Source of the DNA: Adineta vaga | Taxonomy: Eukaryota > Animalia > Rotifera | Assembly: GCA_021613535.1 (NCBI GenBank) | Contig: CP075495.1 | Coordinates: 9,486,001 to 9,550,000 of the forward strand | Reading direction: 5' to 3' | Length of the DNA stretch: 64,000 nt | In this document: in pieces, positions 25,869 through 38,688 of the stretch | How the letters are laid out: each line of letters opens with the position of its first letter | How positions within the stretch are numbered: the stretch's first letter is position 1 | The notes under the pieces: model-generated | Database searches by the model: none | Seen by the model: only the letters and a program-made list of their open reading frames with translations | What the model was told of the DNA's origin: nothing | Translations under genes and position numbers: made by a program

Positions 25869-27202
25869 ATGAGTATAATTTCTGAACAATCACGTGGAGA
25901 TCATGGTGACGCTCGATCTGTACAATCGTTAGCAGTAGAAAGCGTACGCCGAGTATCACCGACTCAAAGTCAACTAACACAACAACGATCATCTTCTCAA
26001 GTTGATAATATTGATCGTAGCGGACGTAGTGAACGTCATCGAATTCAACGAAGTAGCTCATCATCGAGCACACGTAGTGCATCAACAGCTGGTGGTCGCC
26101 GAATTAATGGTCGAACAGAAGGACCAGTTGGTACAGGATCATATCAACAATATTCCGCTGAAGGTGGTTATGCTTATGGAGGAGCTGGCCATGCACAAAA
26201 TGGAAGTTCTTCAAATGGATTGTACGGAGCAGCAGGTGCATCATATGAAGGAAGCAGTGGTTCAATGGGCTGCCCACCCGCTGGTGATGGACAACGACGA
26301 CCAGGTCGTCATCGTCGTCAAGTTATTCGTTGTCCCGAACAACCAGCAGGACCACCACGTCAAATACGTCGCCGTCTTCCAACTCCCGAACCTGATACAC
26401 TCGAACGAGTGTAAGTATATGATTGTACCTTTTGTTGCGATATTTCTATATAATAATTCTGTTTCTTCTTTTTTTTTCGCATAGTTATATTCAACGCACC
26501 GCTGCCGAATGTATAGAAGAAATTACTGAAATTCCAACAACGCCACCACCACGTCTTCAAGAGCGAACGGTTGTTGAGCCAGCTGGACCACCTCAAGTAG
26601 TTAAACGTGTGGTTCGTGTACCACCAAGAAGTGGCCATGCCCCTGCTCAACAACCACAACCACCCGCGGGTTGCGGATCTGCTGGTGAATTAGCTGGTGC
26701 TGGAAGTTATAGTAATATTCAGCAAGCTAGCAATGGTGCACTACAACCAAGTGGTGCTAGTTATTCAGGTGCATACAGTGCAGGAGCTACCAGTAGTGCC
26801 AGCTATGGTTCTGCTAGTGGTGGTTACAGTTCTGGTGCAGCCGATCATAGTTCAGCATCTGCTAGTTATGGTGCACCTAGTGCTAATTATGGAGCTGCTG
26901 GTGCTGGTTACGGTGCACCTAGTGCTAATTACGGAGCTGCTGGTGCTGGTTACGGTGCTGCTGGTGCTAGCTTCGGTGCTGCTAACTACGGTGCTCCTAG
27001 TGCTGGTTACGGTGCTCCTAGTGCTAGTTATGGTGCAGTTGGTGGTGGTTATCAACCTCAAGCACAATCACAGCCGTATCCACAACAACAAGCTCAAGCA
27101 CGTCTGCCACCACAAGCTCTCTGTTTTACTGTTGGTGGTGATGGTCGTTCTCAGCCAATGCCACCAATGGGTTGTCATGCAGCCTACTGTTTTTATGTTT
27201 AA
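25869..27202 (+). CDS. Gly/Ala/Ser/Tyr-rich low-complexity protein with an RRLPTPEPDTLERVYIQR core and YGA(P) heptad repeats, 2 exons, intron about 26411-26483
   Basis: GC-elevated coding-like region; the splice joins LERV|YIQR in frame; PPPRLQERTVVEPAGPPQVVKRVVRVPP module; Cys-containing C-terminus; no signal peptide. Confidence 0.85.
26861..27040 (+). repeat. Coding tandem repeat with a 21-nt (7-aa) unit A(S/N/G)YGA(PS/AG)
   Basis: ASYGAPS-ANYGAAG-AGYGAPS-ANYGAAG-AGYGAAG-ASFGA-ANYGAPS-AGYGAPS-ASYGAV. Confidence 0.9.
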
Positions 27203-27633
27203 ACATTCCATATTTAAACATTAACGTTAACAAAAAATAGCTATGATAGAAGAGAACCACGAATTATATATCCATTTTGTTTCTATTTTAGTGCTAGTTG
27301 ATTTAATATTATTTTTTTGTGGAAAGAAAAGGTCAGGATAATGTACTGATGAATAGTAGCAAGAAGATATCATATAAAGGTTCTCTTCTTTTTTTTTCTT
27401 TTCTTATAAATAAATCAGACATGATTGTGATCCTTTTCTCTTTCAATCTCATACTTTCTTATGTTCTTTTCTTATTTTGCATACAAATACAAAAAAAGAC
27501 CGCAAATGAAAAAAAAAAATTACACGTCAAACTATATAGACACATACACACTATCCTGTTACACATCAGTGCACACTATGATAGGTGCAAAAAAAACAAT
27601 AACAAAAAAATAAAATGATGTACATTCTCGATT

Positions 27634-29934
27634 TTATGTATGTCCGCTAGGGATAATCGTAACGTTATCGTTACGTTGTCCATAATCTACACAACGTGAT
27701 GGATCATTTGGATAAAGTTTTTGTGCTCGACTAACAAGACGTTTGACTGCTTGAATATATTTACGTTGAGTTTCATCATTTAACACATGAGCTACGTGTT
27801 TGGAAGCAATCTTTTCACGACCTGGACGTGGATGGATACCAACCATAGTTGCGCCAAGAGGCCTAGAAACAAGCAATTGTAATTAGAATATTAATTTTTA
27901 TCAAGAAAACATTTTAATATGTATTTTACACATCTAAAAAACAATGATTAATTATATTACGTCTTCTTTCCTCTTTCCATATCATATATGTAATCAGGTG
28001 TAGTTAAGAATGTTATTTCATCTATTTTTTTACTCCTCTCTTTACATTATGCTTCAATAATTGATGAATTGCAACTTATGATTACGAGAAAATCAAGCTA
28101 AAACGACAATTAACTATGATTTATATCATTTGATTAGATATGAATAAATGTCTGATACAAGTACGAAATGAAAATCATCTATCATGTTAACTAAGATTAG
28201 ATAACGACAGGTGACAAAAATACTTGTGAAGTAATAAAACTAGAGAATAATTTTGTTTAAACATACAAGATATTATCAATCACTATTTAATTGCTAATAA
28301 AATCTTAAGAAATATTCACTTTTATTTTGTAGATTGTCATATTTTTTTCTTCGTTGAAATTACCAATCAAATAACATAGAAAATAAAGTAGACTACGATG
28401 TAAACAGCACATCATCATCAAATTTGTCTTCTAATTACCAATCGAAAATACATACTTTTACTTTTATGGAAAAAATAATCAATGGAATACGACTTTTTTT
28501 GTAAATACGTTTTTAGTATTCTCACTTTCATTTGTAGTCGAAAATACATAGTAGAAGTAAATAGAATAGGTTTAAACTCATACATCTATATGTAAATATC
28601 ACTTTGATTATGAAAAACTATACTGATTTGTTAAGACACTCGAATTACTCATTCTCATACTCATGTCTATTGAAAATGCAGATATTACTATTTGAAAAGA
28701 TACTTTCAAAGTTGAATGTATATTCAATCCTATGTATAGAAGTGAAAGAGAATGATAGTATGAAACTTATACTTCAAAAATCCTCTAACATACTGTACAG
28801 TCTAAATAATCTTGAATTAATTTATTCAATTTTCATGAAGTTCAAATCAAATAAAATGTTAATTTTGAAAGTTCTTTTGATAAAATCTTCTACAAGTCAT
28901 TTGAGTATATTATTCTTTCGGTACTCATACACTACAGACTTTTGTATCGTTAATAAGTATTTGGTATCTTACCATGGTGCATTTCCAATAGCCATTTCTA
29001 AGAAGAATTCGTTTGCTCGAATATAATTTCGTTTTAAAACACAATTAACTACATTAATCAATGATTCTAATATATCATCTTGTAATGTATTCGATTTTAA
29101 TTTTCGAAATAATGGTTTCATATATCCACATGTTTGTGAATGTAAAGCTGTTTCAATTTTTCCTTGTATAGTTTTTTTCTCTTCTATTTCTCGATCACTT
29201 AATTCGTGTGACCATTTTTTCAGAATAAACTTGAAATAATTTAATACGACTTGACAATCATAGGCTCGATTGCCTTTACGTGTTGTTTTAATTTGTTCAA
29301 TTATATCAGGTAGATCATAACCACTGTCTTCTTTAACTTCTTCCGTTTGATTGGGGATGGGTGGTCCAACATCCGTTTCTTCATCTTTATCTTCAGTATT
29401 ATCTTCTGATGCTGATGGATTATCTGCATGAAGAATATGAGCTAAATATTCACGATCAATTTTATCCATAGCTATAAAAGAAACATAAAGACATGATAAA
29501 GATAATATGAAAACAATAAGATTTCTCAACATACCAGCTTTGAAATCATTACGCTGTCCTTTCAATTCAGGTTCTGTTGTTTCAAGTAATCTCAATCGTC
29601 GATACGAATCAAGATCTGATTCACCAAACAGACGTGTCGGTTGATTACGTTCACGTAATTTTTTGACCACATCAGTTCTTGGTATTAATGTAATATTTTC
29701 ATTGGATGTTGTTGCTGATGAAGTTATTGTCTTTTCATTTGCACCATCTGTTGATGATGATGCTTTATTTGATTGATCACCTGCTTTTGCGTAATAATTT
29801 TTCCAATATGCTTCTTCGTGTTTTGCTTCAAGATCACCACGACGAAAACATTTCTTTTCTGGTAATAAAACATTCATCGATTCGACATTTTTACGTTTAC
29901 GTTCAATCTCGGCTTTTAATGACGCAAGATCCAT
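27634..29934 (-). CDS. PRPF18: Pre-mRNA splicing factor 18, 3 exons
   Basis: [17 protein letters not shown] (PRP4-like motif); [14 protein letters not shown]; [11 protein letters not shown]|[18 protein letters not shown]...[19 protein letters not shown]. Confidence 0.95.
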
Positions 29935-31354
29935 TTTTGTACGTAAGCAAAACTAAGTGAAATAAATATTTATAATATATGTATGTGCTCATGATCACAT
30001 ACATTCATTCATGAAAGTATTTATGCAATTGGATAGATGTTAATAGGTGTCGCTGTAGTTTTATTTTGATTTAATTTTTTTGTCTTTCTTACTGAGATAT
30101 TTTCAGAACATTTTTTAATTGAATTGTTGTATATGAATATTTTTGATTTAAAATCTACAGAGATCAATGTTTAATTAACATGGCGATAAAATGAAATTTC
30201 TCTATATGAGTCATCATTGATTGAACTTGAAAAAAGAAAAGAAGAAAGAACTAGAGAAGAGCGAACCAACGAACGAACATCGTTTTTTGTTTGTTCCCTC
30301 TATCTCGAAAGTAGATTTATTCGAAAGGTCGTCATATATTCATATTCAAGGATTTTCTTTGTCTTTTTTTTTCTCCTTTTTTTTTCGTTAATAAATCAAC
30401 GCAGTAGATATTCGGTTCCCCTGTGTAATGAAACTATTTGATGTTGTTGAAAAAAAAGAAATTCGACAGATGCATTTGCAATAAAAACACGTATGATAGA
30501 AATATCCATGTTTAGATATACATTCTCATCGGACTTTTTTTTCTCGTTATGTTTCATTCCATTCTGTTTTTTATATTCGTAATAAACTAGTGACAGTAAA
30601 AGTCAAGTGTACAGTTTTTGCTCATATTTCGTTGTTTTTATTTGTTCGATTGAGAACATTAACATTAATATATATATATAGATATACAGATAGAGAGAAA
30701 GATTCTTTCTAAATGTATGATTAAGATTAAATTATTCATTAAATCATTTGTCTGGACAATTAGATGACGTGCCAAGTTTTATCACCTTCTATTGTCTGTC
30801 TCTTCATTTTTTCCTCCTATTGTCTTGAGTGAATATTGTTTACTTAACGCGATTGTAGTTTGACGCCGGCGTCTTATATTTGTTCGTATCGTCCCACGCT
30901 CTGTCCACTGTCATCACCTTGTTTAACCTTCGTCTTGACCGATATCTCTTTTTTTTCGTCGTTCGTTTATTCGTTCTTTACATTCTTGAGATTTTACATT
31001 TTTCATTATCGAAAAATTCCCTTTTTTCTTTTTTTCGTTAATTTCTATTACGATAAACATGAAATATAGTCGTTCGTAGTTGCATTGATTGATGAGTTTC
31101 ATGAGAATAATAATGAACACGAGTGATTTATTAGTAGTACGGTTACGTGAACTATTGTCACTAACGAGAGAGAATAAACGATAATACGTTCTCTCTTTTG
31201 TCAAGGCTTATCGCACTATTAACCCCAGCAGACATGAACGATATTCACAGATGGATATAGCAAGGTTATATTCATATAGGTTTTTTTTCTTCAGATGATT
31301 TTATAAGCGAATCTCACATCGATCGACAACGAAGAAAACAATATACATAGAAGA

Positions 31355-34300
31355 ATGCTAAACCAAAGTTGGGGAGTCGAACTTTGGGTATGTAATCATT
31401 TGATTCGATTTCTTTTATCTTTCTAAGTTTTTTATTCATTAGGATCAATTCGATAATGTATCCAAATATACTGAAAAAAGTTTACAATTTTGTGAAAAAT
31501 ATGAATCATTTCTTAAAGATCGTTGTACAGTTGAAGATGAATATGCAAAAGCATTGAAAAAATTAACAAAAACTTATACACCAAAACTAAAAGATCAAGA
31601 AGAATTCTATAATAAGTATAGAGAAAAAAATCATTGTATATTTGTTTTTCTTATTCATTTCAAATAGATATACATTTTCGATCGCTTTCTGTTCGGCTTT
31701 AAAAGAATTGCAAGATCTCGCATCTCAACATGAATTAATTGCTGAAAATATTCGTGAACGTTCAATTAAACAGATTCAAATAACAGTCAAAGAATGTCGT
31801 GAACAACGAAAAAAATGTTTAGATGAATATACAAAAATCAAACGTCAACTTGATAAACAACATGAATTGATGATTAAGGTATGTTATTTCAATTGAAAGA
31901 AAAAAAAATAAGAAGATCTTTTTCTTAATGTATAGAAAAATTATGTAAATGTCATGCAGTTTATTGATAGGATCATAAAAGATAAGAATGCTTGAAAGGC
32001 AATGTTCACTCATGCAAATAATGAAATGAAAGTATTCATAAGAGATTTCACCTTCATATTTTAGAGAAAAACAACTGTAGAATCATTCATGCATAGGAGA
32101 AAAGGAAGACATTTGATTTTTATCAGAAGGATTTTAGGATCGTATCTCAATCTCATTAACGTTGATGAAAAATCAGCTTAATGAAATGAATTTCTTTCTC
32201 TTTTTCAAAAAATTTAATCAATTAATTCCATACATTTTTAGTCTTTACGAAAATATGAAGAATGCCATGAATCTGCACGTCGTGCAAAAGATAGTTACGA
32301 AAAAGCTCATGAAGATCTTGATCTATCACGTGCACAATTAGAAAAGGCTCGTGATACAATGACATCAAAATTAAAAATATGTGATGATGCTCACACAAAT
32401 TATTCTTCTCAAGTATCTCTATTTAATGATACTCAACGTTTATTTTATGAAAGACAATTACCAAGTATTCTAACAGATTTACAACAATTAGATGGAAAAC
32501 GTTCCGATGAACTGAAAGATGTTTATATTAAATTTATTCAATCACATGCCGAAGTTCTACCACGTATACAACGATGTTTAGATGAAATGACTAAACAAAC
32601 AGAACAATTAAATGCTAATACAGATGCACAAGTTGTTATTGAAGAATATAAATCTGGTTATGGAATACCAGAAGATGAAAAAGAAGTCAGTTAGAAAATA
32701 ATATCTACATTATATATATGTACATATTTCAATTCGGTTTTATTTTAAAATTTAGATTGATTTAAATGCGATGGATCTTCCGTCAATATTATTGAACGGA
32801 AGTAATAATGGACATGATCAACAGATTTATAATATGAATTTACATAATTCTCATCATCCTACACCAGTCGAATTGGCACGATCGAATACTTTGAGAAGTT
32901 CTGGAAGTGATCATAGTAATCAAAATGGTGTAGCAACTATCTATGCAGTTGGTAATGCTAGTGGACATGTGAATGGTACACAAACATTGATGACAACACC
33001 AGCAATGGGTTCAAGAAAAACTGTTGGAAGTAAAAGTAGTGGAACTGCAAGTACAATCAGAAAAATATTTGGAAGTTCATCTCAAAGAAAAGTAAGTTTC
33101 TAAAACTAGAAATAACAGTTCATCATTTCGCACTAATCTTGCATACATATATATATCATCGTTTTTCTTTGTTTCTATCTCTTATAGTCAATACTTGTAA
33201 GTAGAAAGAGATTCAATGAAAGTATCTTCAAGATTGATGTTTTGTAGATTCGCAACAGAAACAGCCTTCTCTTAGATGTATATAATAGTAAAAGATGCTT
33301 CTATTGACTGATAGATTGTCATAAACTAGCAATTTTGATTGCTTGCTCATTTTTTCTTGATTTTATTTCCATGCAGAAAGAAGTATAAAAATTTATCTAT
33401 CTGTTGTTTTTCAGCCATCTAATAATGGTAGTGCAATATCAACAACAGTCAATACACCATACGGTTCCTTACCACCAGCTCAACGTTTGAAAAAATTTCA
33501 AGAACAAATTTTAAATTGTAGAAGTGAATTAGAAAAAGAACAAAAAGCCAAGTATATACAAGCTTCAGACAAGGAAGAAGATATATTTTTCTACAATTGA
33601 TTTTTTTAGAGAAGGTTTAAATAAAATGAAACTAGTTTTTCAAGAAAATCCAAAATTTGGTGATGAACAAGATGTTACACAACAGATAATTACTATCGAT
33701 GAACATATCGAAAAATTATTAGCTGAAATAAAACGATTTGAAGTAAATTCAATTGTCTCTATTTTCGAAACAAAAATCAATCCATCATCTATTCTAGTCA
33801 TACATTGTCGAAATTGAACGAACACGGGCTCCAAGCACTTCTGAATATGATTCATCGTCTCGTATACGAACAAATTATGGTTCTGATCAATCGATAGGCA
33901 CAAATAATAATAACAATAATTCTCAACCAAGTACACCCGGACAAAATCGAAGGTAAATTAAAGGAGTAATCAACTATATGAGATTCTATAAATGATGATA
34001 TATCATCTTACTTTTATATCGTACATAAACCTTATTAGTTTTCACTATTTTCGTCAACAATATTCACCACAAGATAAATATAGAATGATGCATATCAATC
34101 GACGTTGGTCGACAATGGTTTGGTTAGCAAATATCTATCTCTTACATATCGTATCTAGAAACAGACATTCTTCTTAATGAGAAAATCTGGGAAAAAAAGA
34201 ACTTCTAAAAGCATGTAAATTTTCTTCTCCTTCTTCTTCTTCGTCTTACAATCAAGTTGAATACGATAGATCATATCTTTCTCTTTCTGTGAATCATGAA

Positions 34301-34737
34301 GAATAGTTTCTTTATTGCATTCTAGCATGAAAAATCTTTTTTTTATATATTTTAGTCCACCTGATCTAACAGAAAATTTAACGCCTACACAAGAATTTCA
34401 TCGTTTACCATCGGTTACATCTATAACATTACATCAAAATAATATGACCACTAAAGTATCATTAGATACGGTAACAAATGATGAACAGAATGGTTCATTT
34501 GAAGATGAAAGTCTTGATGATGAAAATTCCAATGCTATTGATCATTCTGATAGTTTATATCAACCACAAATCAATGGTGGAACAATACTCAAAGCATATG
34601 CATTATATGATTTTAATGGTAAGACTACATAAACATTTTTTCTTTATTTATCTCTAGATGTTATAAAATATGTCTTGTAAATTTACTGGAATGTTTTTTC
34701 TATACATGCAGATTTTTGTTAAATGATTAACTAAAAA

Positions 34738-34768
<31 letters not shown>

Positions 34769-35013
34769 TCTTCAAATCTAAGAGCATCTCTTATTTTTCG
34801 TCAGGTCATGGTAGCAATGGTTGTCAGTATGTGAATGCCGCAACAATCTTTGTTGGTGAATGTGTTGATATATTAGAAGACGATCAAGGTGATGGATGGA
34901 CGCGTATACAAAAACTTGATGGCGCAACTGGTTTTGTTCCTTCTACATATCTTCGTATTGATTCTCAAAAACTTCCAACAACATCACATCCAATTGATTC
35001 CGGCCGTTTTTGA
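31355..35013 (+). CDS. FNBP1: FNBP1/CIP4/TOCA family F-BAR-HR1-SH3 protein, multi-exon
   Basis: MLNQSWGVELW|DQFDNV...EDEYAKALKKL (F-BAR); YGSLPPAQRLKKFQEQI...ENPKFGD (HR1); ALYDF...DQGDGWTRI...GFVPSTYLRI (SH3). Confidence 0.9.
33188..33196 (+). other. Candidate 9-nt cassette microexon (Ser-Ile-Leu) in the FNBP1-like gene
   Basis: Long pyrimidine tract ending tatag|TCAATACTT|gtaagt; branch-like cactaat and tgc upstream; both flanking exons are phase 0. Confidence 0.65.
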
Positions 35014-35793
35014 AATAAATAAATTTCTTTCTTTTCTTTTTGTATCTGTCGTTTTTTTTCTATATACATATATACACACCCACACATACATATATGCATA
35101 CTGCTCAGTTCTATCTCCCAGTTAACTAAAATAATTCAGACAGCAAAATAACCAAATAATAATCTAAAGTATCGTATGTGTGCTCAATCTTTGTTTTTTC
35201 TGTTTTGTTCGTTTATTTACTGTTCTTTTTGATCGAATAACCTATTCCCTAGTCAAATACTGTTCAAAAATATTAAAATTTCCATACCCAAAAATTTCGA
35301 TGTTTTCCTTTTACGATCGGTCAGATATTTTGACACATCATAGTTCTAGAATGAGTAATTGCATTTCATCTTGTATACGTTTATTGCTATTTATATAACG
35401 TTTCAAAAAACGTTTGTTTTTGTCATCCGAAATGAACAGTAAGAGAATTAGACAAGCCAGCCAAAGAAATGCGAAAAAGCTTTAAAATCATTTCTTCTTC
35501 TTCTTTTTCTTCTTGGTTTTTTTCCGTGTAACATCAATTAAGTATTAGAATTAGATTAAATGATTATAAATCAAAAAATAGTTTTTGTCTATATATATAT
35601 ATATATGTAAGTGTGTATATGTCTTGTGTTTTGTTAATTGATTTCTTGTTTACTTGTTTTCTGTATTCAGAACATTTCTATAATCTCCTGTTCATTCTTC
35701 ATTTTATCATTGAACAAAATAATTTCAATCAAAACATTCATTTTCTTCTTATTTACAGATTTGTGTTCGAAAAACTTATTTTGATAGATCACA

Positions 35794-38688
35794 ATGAATT
35801 TGATTAATTTAACGACAACAACACCAGGTAATACAAGTCTTTTCGGACAAACAACACCTGTGAATCAAACACGAACTGGTAATGGATTGTTATTTGGGAA
35901 TACGACAGCAACACAACCGAGTACACTTACATCAACACCATTTGGTTCTACAAGTTTATTCGGTAAAACGATTATTACTTTGTCTGTAGAATTTACATTA
36001 TCTAAATTACTTCAAATTTAAATTGATCATTGACTATTAATAAGTGTGAAAGAAAGTAAATGATGTTTTATATCTTTTAGGAGCATCAACTCCTGCATCT
36101 ACAACTCTACAAGGTTCATCCACTGAACCAGGTTCAGTTCATAAATTCGATGCTGTTGCTGGTTTTGATAAAATCAATAAAAATGGTACTCAAACACAAA
36201 TTCGTACAAAGATCTTTAACTTATGTGCAATGCCAGTTTACGAAAAAAAATCGATGGAGGTATATCAAAATCATACTTTTTTCAATAATCCTAATGAAAC
36301 GAAGTTTTATTCTCATTTAGGAAATTCGGTTAGAAGATTATGTAGCGAATCGAAAATTTCCATCCACAACAACAACAAGTTTATTTCCATCAGCTTCACC
36401 TGCAACATCTTTGTTCGGTGGCTCAGCGGCAACAACAAATCGTAATTGTGCAGTCTATCATAAAAAACTTCGTTCTAATATGATTTTCTATTGAATAGCT
36501 GCAGCATCAACAACAAGTCTGTTCGGTGCGTCAACAACAACACCAACACCATCGACATTGAGTGCAAGTTTATTTGGAAATAAACCAGCTGTATCGTCAG
36601 CATCAACATTGGTACATGCAAGAAAAGAGAGTCTTTCTGATATATCACATAATTCTTATTATTTAGCCATTTGCATTTGGCCCATCAGCTGCAACAACAA
36701 CAACAACAGCTGCTACAGCACCATTTTCATTTGGTTCATCAACAGCAACAACTACAGCTAATCCAGTAAGACTTCATCTATCATATTTACAGAGAAAATC
36801 ATTTAATTTCAATTTCTCTTTTAGACCGGTCTATTTGGTAGTTCAGCGCCAGTTTCTGCACCAGCTACATCAACAGCACCATTTACATTCGGCAGTAGTC
36901 AACCTCAAGCAGCAACAACAACAACTACAGCTACACCAGGATTCAGTTTTGGTATAATTCATTTATTAAAACTTGTTCTTCTTTTCTCATTTTCCAAATG
37001 ATTTTTTCTTCATTCAGGTGGTAGTACTGGTACTTCATTATTTCCAGCTGCTAGTACAGCAACAACAGCACCAACAGCGTCATTTGGATTTTCAGTTTCA
37101 AAACCAGCCACTGCATCAACATTTTCATTTACTCCAGCAGCATCAACAGCAGCACCAGCAGCAGGTCAACCATTTGGTCTGTTCCCGACAAATACAATGG
37201 CTCAAGCTGCTGCTCGTAAAATTTTCATTAATCAAGAGAAACTATACTAATATTTGATTTCCTATATAGCCACATTATTTTCAGCAGCAACGCCAACTGT
37301 TTTTAACACTCAGTCATCTGTTGATACAAAAACTCATCTACAATTATTTCAAACCATGCTTAATATACAACCATTCAATAATGAACTTGCCTTTCTTGCA
37401 AAAAATATCAAAGTAAAGCAGTTATTTTATTGAAATCTATTGAGTATAATCTTATATATTTTGTGTTCTTCTATTTTCTTTAGCCAAATATTGGTCTGGA
37501 TCGAACTCGTCTTCGTACTGCACCTGATTCGACAAGTAATCATTCATTGAATAACGTGTTTTCGCCTCTTCTTACAAAACCATCTGTACTTGCGCCTGGT
37601 GCATCAACTCCTCCAACAGCCTTGGTAAATCCATTACCAACTCATTCTCATACATTACCATCTGTTTTATTACCATCATCAACTGCAAGTGCATCGATTG
37701 CTTTATTTGGTAAACGAAAATTAGCTGATTCATTTCTTGATGATGATGACGATAATTCATTAATGATGGATGATGGACCATCGTCCGCATCAATAGGAAT
37801 GCATAGAATATCAAAAAGCAATGCTATTAAACGACCACGTGTACTTGATATGAATAAGATTCGTTCAGTTGTTCTTGGTGGAGTTAGTGTCGGAGGAAAC
37901 AATGAAACAGTCACCAGAGAAGAAAATCTTTCCGATACATATGTTGTAAAACCAACATCAGACAATTTATCAAGTTGGAAAAAATTTGCTACATATGATG
38001 CATATTTAGCGTCAAAAAAACCACACGTTGAAGTTATGAAACATATCGAAGAGGATAAACAAACCTATTCAAATAATAATAATATTAATAAATTCGAACA
38101 AGAACGAGCTTTTCATTTACCGAGCTTAACTCATGATGATTATTATACTAAACCGACTATTGATGAATTACGTCATTATTTTAATGAACATGGACAATGT
38201 TTTGTGAAAGAATTTACTGTTGGAAGAGAACATTATGGATCTGTAACATTTCAAGGTACAAAAATTAACTTAGCTGGTCTTGATCTTAATCGATTAAGTA
38301 AGAACATTTAATAACATAAATGAGAACACTTTTATTTAGTCTCTATATGAATTTTAGTTGAAATTGGTCGTCGACAGATAACCGTCTACCCTGATGATAG
38401 TAATAAACCAGCAGAAGGTGAAGAATTAAATTGTCAAGCAATCATATCTCTATTAGGTGTTTATCCAATTGATCGATCGGTATCAAATAGTGGTGATGAA
38501 GTAACAGATCCTGATCGATTAATTGAAATGAATTATGGAAACTATCTACGTGACATGACTAAGAAATTTCAAGGAAAATTTATTGATTATGATGTGTATA
38601 CAGGAACATGGAAATTTAAAGTAAGTCGAATCTTATAGAAATACTTTTCAAATATTATGTTCTGTTTTTCTAGGTTGAACATTTCTGA
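35794..38688 (+). CDS. NUP98: Nucleoporin Nup98-like (FG repeats, GLEBS, autoproteolysis domain), terminating at VEHF* with no Nup96 moiety
   Basis: SLFG/FSFG repeats; GLEBS-like LCAMPVYEKKSMEEIRLEDY; DYYTKPTIDEL..FTVGREHYGSVTF..G.ELN...YDVYTGTWKFK|VEHF*; last exon 38674-38688. Confidence 0.9.

Noticed and set aside
26861-27040. Regular short repeats as a possible CRISPR-like array
   Set aside because: These are in-frame coding repeats without unique spacers, in a eukaryotic context.
26002-27224. Alternative-frame Val/Leu-rich ORFs over the Gly-rich gene
   Set aside because: Frame artefacts of GGT/GCT codon repeats.
28604-29026. 140-aa ORF inside the 1.1-kb PRP18 intron (nested gene or transposon?)
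   Set aside because: AT-rich with no recognisable motifs, terminal repeats or transposase signature.
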